This document shows positions 50,289 to 60,231 of a stretch of DNA of 64,000 bases, piece by piece (the stretch's first letter is position 1; every line of letters begins with the position of its first letter). This stretch comes from Escherichia phage BF17. The position numbers and the translations under genes are program-made. Below the pieces are notes generated by a model. That model saw only the letters and a program-made list of their open reading frames with translations, had not been told where the DNA came from and did no database searches. The stretch lies in the sequence record MW822008.1; one strand, given 5' to 3'.

Positions 50289-51413
50289 TTAATTATCTAA
50301 GCCACCAATTACACTGAACAGTGTGGTAACGTCTGAACTATTATCTATGTAAGTTCTTCTACCAACATAATATAGTTGTCCTTTTGCTTGAATAAAAGTT
50401 ACGGTCCCTGTATTGAATGTTATAATATCATTGTATGTAATGTCAGGTGGTAGTGCTGCTGATAACGCAGTAACTTTACTTAATGCAGCACTAGTACTAC
50501 CATTTATACCAGCAGCAATACTACCAGTACCATAGAACTTATTATCTTTACCAATGAATACGTTGGCTGATGCTTGTGTAGCTGATGTTATTGCCTTACC
50601 AATTTGGAATGCGGTTCCTATGGTGTATGGTGTGCTCCTGGCTGCGTCTATGCTTTGTGTATATCCATCCCCTAGCTGACCATTAACTTTGTCACCACAT
50701 GAGTATAAAGTACCATTGAGGCTGTATATGATCCCACGGTTAGAGAAGCTAACAGCTTCTGCATTAGTCCATACTGGAGCGGTGTATGAGTTTACACGAC
50801 TAGCAGTAGTTCCTAGTCCTAGTATACCATATGTGTTATCACCACATCCAAACCATTGTCCAGTACTGTTTTGATAGAACACTGAACGTTCTGTTGATTC
50901 CATGCGTACAGCATCCACAGCACCACTTTTAACGAACGAAGTGGATGAGGATGTAGTACCAGTACCCAATGCACCATAAGTGTTTGTACCAATCGCATAG
51001 ATTGATCCTAGTGGTGTCATCACACGTATACAGTTATATCCCAATTGAACTTTACATTCAAATAGGTTGTCCCATATTTCAGGAACAGCAGAAAATAAAT
51101 TTGTAATTTCGAACCATGATGTTGTCGAACCAATTAATCCTATACTGCTTTTGTTTCCTAAAATGAAAACAGTTTTGTCCTTCTTAATTATCCATGATGA
51201 TAGGAAACCTATCTCACAGCTATGAACATTTGATTCTATTTGGGTAATATAATACTTAACTGTGTTATCACCCATGAATGCCGCAGCACCGGATGCAAAA
51301 AGGTTTCCAGTTTGTTTATTTAAAATGTAGTTATTGTTTCCATATACACTAACATCATAAGAACTTTCTTGTTTTTCGTTCCCATAATCAAATAACAATA
51401 CGAAAGGTAACAT
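50289..51413 (-). CDS. RCC1-like repeat protein, MLPF-leader family member 1
   Basis: 374 aa; MLPFVLLFDYGN leader variant; G-x-N-x-x-G-Q-L-G-x-G repeats (GCGDNTYGILGLG, SCGDKVNGQLGDG); GGAG RBS. Confidence 0.8.
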   Translation of the reverse strand: MLPFVLLFDYGNEKQESSYDVSVYGNNNYILNKQTGNLFASGAAAFMGDNTVKYYITQIESNVHSCEIGFLSSWIIKKDKTVFILGNKSSIGLIGSTTSWFEITNLFSAVPEIWDNLFECKVQLGYNCIRVMTPLGSIYAIGTNTYGALGTGTTSSSTSFVKSGAVDAVRMESTERSVFYQNSTGQWFGCGDNTYGILGLGTTASRVNSYTAPVWTNAEAVSFSNRGIIYSLNGTLYSCGDKVNGQLGDGYTQSIDAARSTPYTIGTAFQIGKAITSATQASANVFIGKDNKFYGTGSIAAGINGSTSAALSKVTALSAALPPDITYNDIITFNTGTVTFIQAKGQLYYVGRRTYIDNSSDVTTLFSVIGGLDN

Positions 51414-51490
51414 GATAAAATCTCCTTGTGTTATACTTTATTTAATCATTTTATAATGTACAATTTTACAGCGATTTAATTGAGGTACTC

Positions 51491-52141
51491 ATGAATAAAA
51501 GAAGTAAGTTCTATCAAGAATATTTCACTAAACATAAACGATTCACAAAAAAATACTTTACATCATCCCACCGACCAGTTGCAAGTTACAAACGTCCTAA
51601 TACTAACTATCTTGCTGGTGGCAAGTTTAGTGCAAAGTTCGAATTACTTATGCGTGAAAAGAATATCAAGATGCATTACGCAGAGACGAGAAAAAACTCA
51701 TCAATTATTTGCTCTGATTTTCTTGAGTACGGTTGCTTAACTTATAAATTCAATGATGTATATTTGTATATTGATGTTGATTGTAACAGTACTCTTATGT
51801 TTGAGATTTCAATTCACCCAAATCACAACCGTTATATAAACATTAACTTGATTGATAAAGTACTGATTGGTATATCTAGTACTGATGGTGGTGGATTTGA
51901 ATTTATTGCTTCAAAATATGATGAAGATTTCGTACTTTACCCAGTACTTGATGATGTGAAAGATATTCTCAATTCATTAAAAGGAAGTCAATACAAATTA
52001 TCTGAAGAACAGCTATTTCAGTACTCACTTATTCATGATGATATCGAGATATACTTAGAGTGTGCGAGAATCTTGGAGTATCTTTATAATGAACTAACAA
52101 CAACTGGTAAAGTGACTGCATTCACATTATATAATATGTAA
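51491..52141 (+). CDS. hypothetical protein (EE-x-F-Q motif family)
   Basis: 216-aa plus-strand ORF embedded in the minus-strand array; SEEQLFQYSLI motif. Confidence 0.65.
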   Translation: MNKRSKFYQEYFTKHKRFTKKYFTSSHRPVASYKRPNTNYLAGGKFSAKFELLMREKNIKMHYAETRKNSSIICSDFLEYGCLTYKFNDVYLYIDVDCNSTLMFEISIHPNHNRYININLIDKVLIGISSTDGGGFEFIASKYDEDFVLYPVLDDVKDILNSLKGSQYKLSEEQLFQYSLIHDDIEIYLECARILEYLYNELTTTGKVTAFTLYNM

Positions 52142-52147
52142 AAGAAA

Positions 52148-52167
52148 AGCCAGTACATAGTACTGGC
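52148..52167. terminator. bidirectional terminator
   Basis: GCCAGTAC-ATA-GTACTGGC palindrome between convergent genes. Confidence 0.6.
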
Positions 52168-52173
52168 ATTATA

Positions 52174-53310
52174 TTAAACTGGTGGAGAATTATATGGCTC
52201 AAATTTATAAGTTGTCGTAGCAGTACCAGCAATGGCGTTGTTAGCTAGTATGTACATAGTCCTGTAGTCGATTACCACTACAGTAATACTACCACCAAAA
52301 GCATAGTCTGTTATGTTATTAGTGTTGAATGGTAAATTAGATGAACTGGTCCATGTATTAGCTGTTGTGCTATTTGTACCATTGGAATAACCTACACTAG
52401 ATGCACCAGTTGTCCATAAGTTTCCATCATTGAACAAGGAGACATGGTTAGTTGTATATGATTTATTAGGTATAGAACTATCAATTGGTGTATTCCAAAC
52501 TTTAGTAACCCATGTTGTAACTGCTGTATTATTAGTAACGCCATTACCTAATGAACCATTTATTGGTATACCTCTTATATAAGAAGTGTTAGTACTAGGG
52601 TCAACATATCCAAATGTATATGTATCAAATGCAAATTGAAAACAATCAGAACTCGGTAATGTGTACAGTAATGTATATGAAGACGTGTTTATTGATGAAT
52701 TTGTACCGTTCACACCTTGGTATAAAATACCACTAGCCAATATTTGATTATTATTTTTTGTTATAGTGTTCATTGATGGATATGTTTTCACATCACGCAC
52801 ATCATTAGTCACATATGTTTGTGTTGATAATGCAACGTTACTACCATTACCTATAACCCCTGTATTTGCACCACTCCCATAAAGTGAACCATCATTCAAA
52901 AGAACCATTGTAACATTACCATTTCCCGTAATTGTTTTAATATTACTAACATCCACCGCAGCAAATACAGTTGATGTTAAATCAGTGAAACGTGTATAAT
53001 GTGATGTTGTGCCATTGATTGGTGTCGCAAAACCAGAATACAAAATTCTATTTTCTTTGGTAATAAGGAATGTGCCAGTAACACCATTTGAATGGATATC
53101 AACAATATTATCGCCCATTAATACCCAATCACTTACGAATGTTGTTGTACCAGTACCCAACCCATATGTCGTATTGTATCCACGTCCATACACTCTACCA
53201 TCACTGAGTAATGTTACCACACATTGACCACCACCACCAAGTATAACTTTTTGTATAGTACTCTTTACTTTTATATTCCCGTACTTAACCATTCTTGCAA
53301 AAGGTAACAT
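52174..53310 (-). CDS. RCC1-like repeat protein, MLPF-leader family member 2
   Basis: 378 aa; MLPFARMVKYGN; co-transcribed with member 3 (14-nt gap with AAGGAG). Confidence 0.85.
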   Translation of the reverse strand: MLPFARMVKYGNIKVKSTIQKVILGGGGQCVVTLLSDGRVYGRGYNTTYGLGTGTTTFVSDWVLMGDNIVDIHSNGVTGTFLITKENRILYSGFATPINGTTSHYTRFTDLTSTVFAAVDVSNIKTITGNGNVTMVLLNDGSLYGSGANTGVIGNGSNVALSTQTYVTNDVRDVKTYPSMNTITKNNNQILASGILYQGVNGTNSSINTSSYTLLYTLPSSDCFQFAFDTYTFGYVDPSTNTSYIRGIPINGSLGNGVTNNTAVTTWVTKVWNTPIDSSIPNKSYTTNHVSLFNDGNLWTTGASSVGYSNGTNSTTANTWTSSSNLPFNTNNITDYAFGGSITVVVIDYRTMYILANNAIAGTATTTYKFEPYNSPPV

Positions 53311-53324
53311 TCTTTTTCTCCTTG

Positions 53325-54473
53325 TTATATTGATGGCATATCCAACACATATGAGTTGCTAGTGATTGATGAATATGTAGAATTTAAACCTGTACTATAA
53401 ACATAATCACCTGCCCATAAGAATGTTCTATCCAATGTTGTATGTATTTCAATATCATCATATGATGATAATGATATTTGTGCTAGTGTATATGTAGTAG
53501 CATCAATGTTTGAACCAATACCCAAAGTACCATTGTATTGTGATTGGGAGTTTTGACCAGTTGCATATATACCAGATTTGGTTATTAAATGCTGATTATA
53601 CATTGACGTACCTTTAAACAATTTAATTAAATTAGAGTTAGGTGTTGTTATTTGTGCAGGAGCAAGTATTGTTGTTGTAGTGCCACCATCACCTAATTGT
53701 CCATATCGTTGGTAACCACCAGCGTATACCTGTTTAACTCCAGTAGTAGTTTCTATAATAAAGAATGAACCATAGCCAGTAGTATTAAAGTCTATAATTT
53801 TATTTGTACTCAAACCAACATTATATCTAGTAAATGTTGTTGCATTAGCAGAACCACCAGCATTCCCACCGACCATTTGACCACTATAATAAAATGCACC
53901 AGTACTGTCAGTATAAGCCATACAGTTCTCACTACCATAGATTTTTACTGGTGTACTGGGGAAACTAGAGGTTATATTCACACATGTATTATATTTTGCA
54001 GTAGTTCCAGTAATTTCACCATTGTTGTTTTGACCAATTGCCCAAACTGTGTCATCGGAACGTATAGCCATTGAGCTAAAAAACGATGACACAAATTGTT
54101 TAATAAAGGAACCAGGGAGGGAAGTAAGCATACTATTGATTTGTGCACTCACATTGGTCCATGTATTCACAACTGAATTGACACCTGCCGCTGCACCTGA
54201 ACCTGAACTCCACCATGATTCATCATTCTTTTTAATCAATGTACCGTTAGCAGAACAATAAACATCAGCAACTGAACTATTAACTAATATCCATTCCCTC
54301 GCTGTTGTGGTATTACCAGTACCTAGCTGTCCTGCTGCATTACTACCCTTAGCATATAAATCACCACTCTGCGTTAAAAGCATAGCATGTTGGTATCCAG
54401 TAGATAATTTCTTTATTTTTGGTAATGCTGGTGCTTCATTTCCATAATCAAACATTCTAACAAAAGGTAACAT
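53325..54473 (-). CDS. RCC1-like repeat protein, MLPF-leader family member 3
   Basis: 382 aa; MLPFVRMFDYGN; AKGSNAAGQLGTGNTT, AGGYQRYGQLGDGGTT. Confidence 0.85.
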   Translation of the reverse strand: MLPFVRMFDYGNEAPALPKIKKLSTGYQHAMLLTQSGDLYAKGSNAAGQLGTGNTTTAREWILVNSSVADVYCSANGTLIKKNDESWWSSGSGAAAGVNSVVNTWTNVSAQINSMLTSLPGSFIKQFVSSFFSSMAIRSDDTVWAIGQNNNGEITGTTAKYNTCVNITSSFPSTPVKIYGSENCMAYTDSTGAFYYSGQMVGGNAGGSANATTFTRYNVGLSTNKIIDFNTTGYGSFFIIETTTGVKQVYAGGYQRYGQLGDGGTTTTILAPAQITTPNSNLIKLFKGTSMYNQHLITKSGIYATGQNSQSQYNGTLGIGSNIDATTYTLAQISLSSYDDIEIHTTLDRTFLWAGDYVYSTGLNSTYSSITSNSYVLDMPSI

Positions 54474-54543
54474 AATTCCCTCCTTTATTCATTATACTAT
54501 ATTTAATCAAAAAGAAAAGCCAGCACTCTGTACTGGCATAATA
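54474..54543 (-). terminator. array cassette: terminator hairpin + TATAAT + AAGGAGG
   Basis: Minus strand reads GCCAGTACAGAGTGCTGGC-TTTTCTTTTT...TATAGTATAATGAATAAAGGAGG-ATG. Confidence 0.65.
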
Positions 54544-55695
54544 TTATTTCCACGGTAGAAGTGAATCTGGAACTCTTGTTGGTACATTGGTTGTTGACAC
54601 ACCTGTGAGATTTGGAACACCACATGTATATAAATTATCAGCTTCATCCACTAGCATTGTATAAGAATATCCCCTACAAAAACTACCAATTGCACGGCCT
54701 TCTAATGCAGAAAGATTCATTTCAGTAAATGTTGTTATATTTGCCACGTTTGAACCAACACCACATTGACCATTTGTATTCAGACCACATAAAAATAACT
54801 TATTATTATTTTTAATTGTACATGATGGCCCTGCAAGGTTTGTGCCAAGTTCACCCACCAACTCTATTTCACCTTGGAATGATAAATTTGGAATTAATGC
54901 ACTCATAGGAACTGGTGTTGTATTTCCAGTACCAGCTTGTCCCCTAACGTTAGTTGAAGCCACTTTGACGGTCCCATCATTAAGAAATATATAAGAAGTT
55001 TCAATTGTATTGACTGCTTTAGTCGCAGTAATAATAGAAGATTCTTGAGTAAATGTTAGTACGTTTTGTGCTGATGTTCCTGATACAAATGTATTACCTG
55101 CGTACCAATATGTGCCATCATTGAGCACTAATCCAGTACTGCGTATTGCACACCCAGCACTTCGAACATTTTCAATAGTACTATAAGTGAATTGTGTAAC
55201 GCTTGCAGTTGAACCATTTCCAAATACACCACCTATTCCCGCTCCACAGTAGAACCACTTTCCATTTTTTAAAAATACACGTAAACAACCAGATATAACA
55301 ATATTATCAATATCATCTGCAATAACACCGAAGTCAGCAAAGTTCTGTGTTACTTCAACCCAAACACCGTTGGTATCTGCTGATAATATTGGAATTACAG
55401 ACCTTGAACCAGTGTACCAAATAGTTCCATTTTTCTTAATAGCAATTGTACCTTGAACACCACCCCAATAACGTTCCACATTTGTATTGACATTAGTCCA
55501 TGAAGTTGATGTGTTAGTTGAGCCATATGCACCATTACCGCTTTGTCCATATGTTGCTGTACCATACCAATATAGATCGCCTGTAGTGTGTAAATAAAAT
55601 TTGGAATCAGCCGAGCATTGTAATCTATTTTTAAATATAGGTTTTGGCTCTGGTGCTACATTCCCGAACTTAACCATTCTTGCAAAAGGTAACAT
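54544..55695 (-). CDS. RCC1-like repeat protein, MLPF-leader family member 4
   Basis: ORF track extends to 55761 through the RBS; trimmed to MLPFARMVKFGN start. Confidence 0.85.
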   Translation of the reverse strand: MLPFARMVKFGNVAPEPKPIFKNRLQCSADSKFYLHTTGDLYWYGTATYGQSGNGAYGSTNTSTSWTNVNTNVERYWGGVQGTIAIKKNGTIWYTGSRSVIPILSADTNGVWVEVTQNFADFGVIADDIDNIVISGCLRVFLKNGKWFYCGAGIGGVFGNGSTASVTQFTYSTIENVRSAGCAIRSTGLVLNDGTYWYAGNTFVSGTSAQNVLTFTQESSIITATKAVNTIETSYIFLNDGTVKVASTNVRGQAGTGNTTPVPMSALIPNLSFQGEIELVGELGTNLAGPSCTIKNNNKLFLCGLNTNGQCGVGSNVANITTFTEMNLSALEGRAIGSFCRGYSYTMLVDEADNLYTCGVPNLTGVSTTNVPTRVPDSLLPWK

Positions 55696-55772
55696 ATTTC
55701 CTCCTTTATTCATTATACTATATTTAATATAAAAAGAAAAGCCAGTATCAAGTACTGGCATAGTATTAAGGT
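55696..55772 (-). terminator. array cassette: terminator hairpin + TATAAT + AAGGAGG
   Basis: GCCAGTACTTGATACTGGC hairpin family. Confidence 0.65.
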
Positions 55773-56903
55773 TTAAATATTTTTATAATTAATTTCTACA
55801 TAGTTACGTTGTGTTCCAGTATATCCTGGAACATTACCTAAATTTCCATTACCTGCACCAAACAGACGTTCTCCGACTGCAAAATATGTCCCATAGAAAC
55901 AACCATCAAACACAGGAACATCATTATAATTTGATATGTAATTATCCATTGAATCCATTCTAGTGTATGCAGTCAGAGTTACATTTGTACCTATACCATA
56001 TGCACCATAAGGGTTAGTACCAGCAACATAATACCCAGTGGGTGTACATATTACTGGTGAATTTGCCCCTGATCTCGTGTGGATAAATCTAAATGTACCT
56101 TCAGGTACTGGTGCTTCTTTACTGAATAATGTTGTAGCTACTACTGGGTAATCAATACCATAACTATTACCACTCAACCACGTTTTACCATCACTATCTT
56201 TGAATAATGAACAGGATTGTGTGCATCCGAACAGATTCAAATTGGTTACATTTGGAAATTTACTAATTTGTGTATATACCAGAACTGTGGTTGCGGTAGC
56301 ACTACCAAGTTGTCCACGACCATTATCACCCGCACTGTACATGTACCCATCGGTCTTTAATATTATACTAGCGTTTCCTAAAATATCAAAATCAACAACA
56401 TCCGTTTGTGTTAATGTAGCTATAGGATAACGAAAATTCACTGCCTCACCAGTACCAAATTGACAATTGGTGTTTACCCCACATCCATATAAGTTGCCGT
56501 TTTGCATTAATATAAACAAACCTGTTGTCATTTTAATTTTCTTAATATTAAGAATATCTATATCTTGGAATATGTGTGTTACATTTACAAATGTGGTTGA
56601 GTTAACAGCACTTGAACCATAATAAGAACCGTTCCCGCTACCAAAGAATTCATCGCCTTTTCTGTACATTGCACATAGACTGCCACCCCATACATCATCA
56701 ACTCCAGTGTCAATTTGAATAACTGAAGTAACACTAGTTGTTGCACCAGTGCCAAGTTCACCACCTGAATTGAATCCAAAACCATACAAATCTCCACTTT
56801 CGGTGAGCACCAAAACACTGTTAGTGGTTGTGCATGAAATCTTTTTGATATTATTAGATGGTCTTTTATTTCCGTACTTAACCATTCTTGCAAAAGGTAA
56901 CAT
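55773..56903 (-). CDS. RCC1-like repeat protein, MLPF-leader family member 5
   Basis: Trimmed to MLPFARMVKYGN; GFGFNSGGELGTGATT, SAGDNGRGQLGSATATT. Confidence 0.85.
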   Translation of the reverse strand: MLPFARMVKYGNKRPSNNIKKISCTTTNSVLVLTESGDLYGFGFNSGGELGTGATTSVTSVIQIDTGVDDVWGGSLCAMYRKGDEFFGSGNGSYYGSSAVNSTTFVNVTHIFQDIDILNIKKIKMTTGLFILMQNGNLYGCGVNTNCQFGTGEAVNFRYPIATLTQTDVVDFDILGNASIILKTDGYMYSAGDNGRGQLGSATATTVLVYTQISKFPNVTNLNLFGCTQSCSLFKDSDGKTWLSGNSYGIDYPVVATTLFSKEAPVPEGTFRFIHTRSGANSPVICTPTGYYVAGTNPYGAYGIGTNVTLTAYTRMDSMDNYISNYNDVPVFDGCFYGTYFAVGERLFGAGNGNLGNVPGYTGTQRNYVEINYKNI

Positions 56904-56980
56904 AATTCCTCCTTTATTCATTATACTATATTTAATCAAAAATAAAAGCCAGTATCAAGTACTGGCATAGTTTTATAGTA
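56904..56980 (-). terminator. array cassette: terminator hairpin + TATAAT + AAGGAGG
   Basis: Conserved cassette copy. Confidence 0.65.
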
Positions 56981-58090
56981 TCATTTCGGCATTGTAATTG
57001 CAGACCATGAGTTCGTGGTAATAGGACCTGGCACATACAAAAAAGAACCACAAGCATAAATTTGATTATTACCATCAAATACTATACTAAAATGTGCACA
57101 TGTGTATAATGCTGATTTTTCTGGGTTGTAATTATCTAAAGTTAGTGTATTGGTGAATCTACTCAAACCACCACCAGAACCATTTCTACCAAATTCACCA
57201 GTACTATATATCTTTCCTTCGGTTGTTGCGTACATATTAACATATGAAGTTGCACTTGATTTTGATATTTTATGTATCTTACTATCAATAGTAGTGGAGT
57301 TAAATGCAAATGGATATACTTGTGTGTTCGTTGTAATACCGTTACCAAGTTGACCAACATACTGCCAACCTGCGTTGTATATATTGCTGGCTGAATAAGC
57401 AAGAGTACCAGTACTGTTACCACCAAACAGTTTAACACTGGTTAACCTGCTTACTAGTGTAGTATACTGTCCTGGACTTACGCCAAGTGAACCATACCCA
57501 CTACTCCCACAACCGAGAAGTTCACCATTTGATGTTAATATTAATGTGTTATTCTGTGTACCCAATATATCAAGGACTGTATTAGCTCCGGTATTAATAA
57601 CTGAAACAAAAGTACTCTGAGCCGTGGAATACCCACCACCGAGTGAATAGTTACCATTCATGCCTCTACCATAAACAATCGAACCACTAGCATCAACGTA
57701 GTGCATTGTATCTGCACCAATTGATATCATTTTAATATTAGATATATGTGGAAATGAAGAAGTAACATTCAAACCACCCAACGGAATCGTAGTATTTCCT
57801 GTGCCTAATTGTGTGGTAACTCCATGCATTATGAATTCTTCACCCTTGATATAAAGAATATTGTACGCCCCAGCCCATGCATCAGTAACACCTTCTGAAA
57901 TTAATATCCAAGTATTTCTTGTTGCTGTATTTGTAACGTTTAACTGAAAATACGAATTAACCCCACAACCATAAAGTGAGCCATCGCCATAGAGGACGTA
58001 CAAATTATCAAGACCGCACAGTACTTTCTTTATCTTTGGATCTTCAGGTGCAATATTCCCGTAATCAAACATTCTAACAAAAGGTAACAT
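56981..58090 (-). CDS. RCC1-like repeat protein, MLPF-leader family member 6
   Basis: Trimmed to MLPFVRMFDYGN; AGWQYVGQLGNGITT. Confidence 0.85.
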   Translation of the reverse strand: MLPFVRMFDYGNIAPEDPKIKKVLCGLDNLYVLYGDGSLYGCGVNSYFQLNVTNTATRNTWILISEGVTDAWAGAYNILYIKGEEFIMHGVTTQLGTGNTTIPLGGLNVTSSFPHISNIKMISIGADTMHYVDASGSIVYGRGMNGNYSLGGGYSTAQSTFVSVINTGANTVLDILGTQNNTLILTSNGELLGCGSSGYGSLGVSPGQYTTLVSRLTSVKLFGGNSTGTLAYSASNIYNAGWQYVGQLGNGITTNTQVYPFAFNSTTIDSKIHKISKSSATSYVNMYATTEGKIYSTGEFGRNGSGGGLSRFTNTLTLDNYNPEKSALYTCAHFSIVFDGNNQIYACGSFLYVPGPITTNSWSAITMPK

Positions 58091-58161
58091 ATTTCCTCCT
58101 TTATTCATTATACTATATTTAATACAAAAAGAAAAGCCAGTATCAAGTACTGGCCTATATC
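58091..58161 (-). terminator. array cassette: terminator hairpin + TATAAT + AAGGAGG
   Basis: Conserved cassette copy. Confidence 0.65.
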
Positions 58162-58899
58162 TTAGACTGAATTGTCAGGATAATATCTCCCACGTCCCCA
58201 TATTATTCGCACAGCACCACCACCAGCAGCCGTATAAGAAGAATTATCCCATATACTACCACCACCACCATACCTCTTACCAGCACCACCACTACCAGCA
58301 CCACCATTATATGAACCATCGTAGCTACCACCAATACCATTAGCACCTTGAACAATGATACCAGTACCACCACCCGTACCAATGAACGAGGTATTATAGA
58401 ATGCACCACCACCACCGCCCCCGCCAGCACCATTTTCACCAGTGATTGCATTTCCGTTACCACCTTTACCTGTGTAGCCACCAGCACCACCACCAATGAC
58501 TGCACCACCACTTAAACCAGTGTTGCCACCATTACCACCACCATCATTAATAGCGTTAGCAGCTTTTCCACCTAGTCCACCAACCGTATATGCACCAGTG
58601 AAGCTAACACATAGTTTTTCAGTTCCACGATATAAACCGTTTTCAACTGCTGTAGTAGTGTTGGGATGTGTAAGAGAAACACTTAAGTACTCACCACCAG
58701 AAACCGGAATATTATTACGCCACGATAAGCCGCCACCAGCACCACGTTGACCACCCGGCGAAATAACACATACTGATATTTCGGTAACGCCAGCAGGAAC
58801 TGTAAATTGTGTTGTTCCTATTGTCGTGATTAATTGTTCACCATGTGGCTTATATTCAATTTTATTCCCGAACTTAACCATTCTTGCAAAAGGTAACAT
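58162..58899 (-). CDS. glycine-rich protein with MLPF leader, family member 7
   Basis: 245 aa; MLPFARMVKFGN then FTVPAGVTEISVCVISPGGQRGAGGG and long GGxGG tracts; no RCC1-like motifs. Confidence 0.8.
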   Translation of the reverse strand: MLPFARMVKFGNKIEYKPHGEQLITTIGTTQFTVPAGVTEISVCVISPGGQRGAGGGLSWRNNIPVSGGEYLSVSLTHPNTTTAVENGLYRGTEKLCVSFTGAYTVGGLGGKAANAINDGGGNGGNTGLSGGAVIGGGAGGYTGKGGNGNAITGENGAGGGGGGGAFYNTSFIGTGGGTGIIVQGANGIGGSYDGSYNGGAGSGGAGKRYGGGGSIWDNSSYTAAGGGAVRIIWGRGRYYPDNSV

Positions 58900-58970
58900 A
58901 ATTCCCTCCTTTATTCATTATACTATATTTAACCAAAAAGAAAAGCCAGTATCAAGTACTGGCTTTTACA
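58900..58970 (-). terminator. array cassette: terminator hairpin + TATAAT + AAGGAGG
   Basis: Conserved cassette copy. Confidence 0.65.
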
Positions 58971-60161
58971 TTACAATTGTCTAGGTGTATCCAGTACATA
59001 TCTATTTGTACTAGGACCACCATCATCATAAGTTCCGGTTGAATATATATTTTTCATATCAGCAGTTAGGAAAGTACGTAACGACCCTCGATATATTTTT
59101 ATTTTATCATACATAGAATATGTTATTTCTGACGGCAATGGACATGCAGTAAATTTACCAATGGTAACATTAGAACCAACACCCAATGAACCAGCATAAC
59201 TACTCGCATTTAAACCTGTTGCATATACACCAGAACTCGTAACTAGTATACTAGATTGTGCTGGGTATCCAGTATGAATTGAATACAAAGTACCGGGTGG
59301 TAAGGTTGAACTATTATTTCCTAATACTGCTCGTGCTGTACTAGACGTAGTGTTATTACCCCATGCCCCATTATTGGCGTTCCCACCCACTAGGAACTGA
59401 CGTGCTCCTGTACTTGGATTCTCCACTAAAGCACTGACTGCACCAATTGTACATACAACATATTGTAATGTTTTTGTATATGTTGTACTTGGCTGATATA
59501 AAGTATATTGATTGTATGGAGTCCATGTATCAGTAGTACTTATACCTGATGTACTACCACCAATATATAAATTATTTTGTGTATCATAAAACATTACACA
59601 GCTATTTGTTGACTGTATTCGTGCAATATCAACATTAGGCGTGACAGCTTTTACAAATGATCCATCTGTTATTTGTTGAGTACTACCAGTACCATCAGCG
59701 AATTGTCTAGCCCCACTCCAACCAGTACTCCATATTGTATTATTATCCATTAAGAAAGTAAACCAAGTAGTACCTGCATACATCTGTTTAATTGAAGTAC
59801 CTGAACTTTGTGTGTACAAATTTTCAATATATTGGTTATAACTTAAAAATGATGTAGTACTAGTTTCTAAACCAATATGACCACCATATCCACAATAAAA
59901 ATAATTTAAGTCCTTATCTTGAACTAACAAAGTTCCTTGTGTCATCCAGCAATCTTTGACATTTTCTCTAATTAATGTCCACGACCTTACTGCATTATTA
60001 TTTCCGCGACCGAACTTCCCATAACTATTATTTCCTCGTGCGTATAGTTGACCGTCAGTATAAAGTACAACCACATCAGTATCAGTTGGTATTATTTTCT
60101 TAATTAGAAGAGGTTCAGGTGTGATATTCCCATAATCAAACAATCTAACAAAAGGTAACAT
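58971..60161 (-). CDS. RCC1-like repeat protein, MLPF-leader family member 8
   Basis: 396 aa; MLPFVRLFDYGN; ARGNNSYGKFGRGNNN. Confidence 0.85.
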   Translation of the reverse strand: MLPFVRLFDYGNITPEPLLIKKIIPTDTDVVVLYTDGQLYARGNNSYGKFGRGNNNAVRSWTLIRENVKDCWMTQGTLLVQDKDLNYFYCGYGGHIGLETSTTSFLSYNQYIENLYTQSSGTSIKQMYAGTTWFTFLMDNNTIWSTGWSGARQFADGTGSTQQITDGSFVKAVTPNVDIARIQSTNSCVMFYDTQNNLYIGGSTSGISTTDTWTPYNQYTLYQPSTTYTKTLQYVVCTIGAVSALVENPSTGARQFLVGGNANNGAWGNNTTSSTARAVLGNNSSTLPPGTLYSIHTGYPAQSSILVTSSGVYATGLNASSYAGSLGVGSNVTIGKFTACPLPSEITYSMYDKIKIYRGSLRTFLTADMKNIYSTGTYDDGGPSTNRYVLDTPRQL

Positions 60162-60231
60162 ATTTCCCTCCTTTATTCATTATACTATATTTAACCAAAA
60201 AGAAAAGCCAGTACTTGATACTGGCGTAATG
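60162..60231 (-). terminator. array cassette: terminator hairpin + TATAAT + AAGGAGG
   Basis: Conserved cassette copy. Confidence 0.65.

Noticed and set aside
58203-58750. ORFs 58203-58511 (-) and 58496-58750 (+) inside the glycine-rich gene
   Set aside because: Alternative-frame artefacts of the GGN-repeat region; they lack starts with RBS and overlap a better-supported gene.
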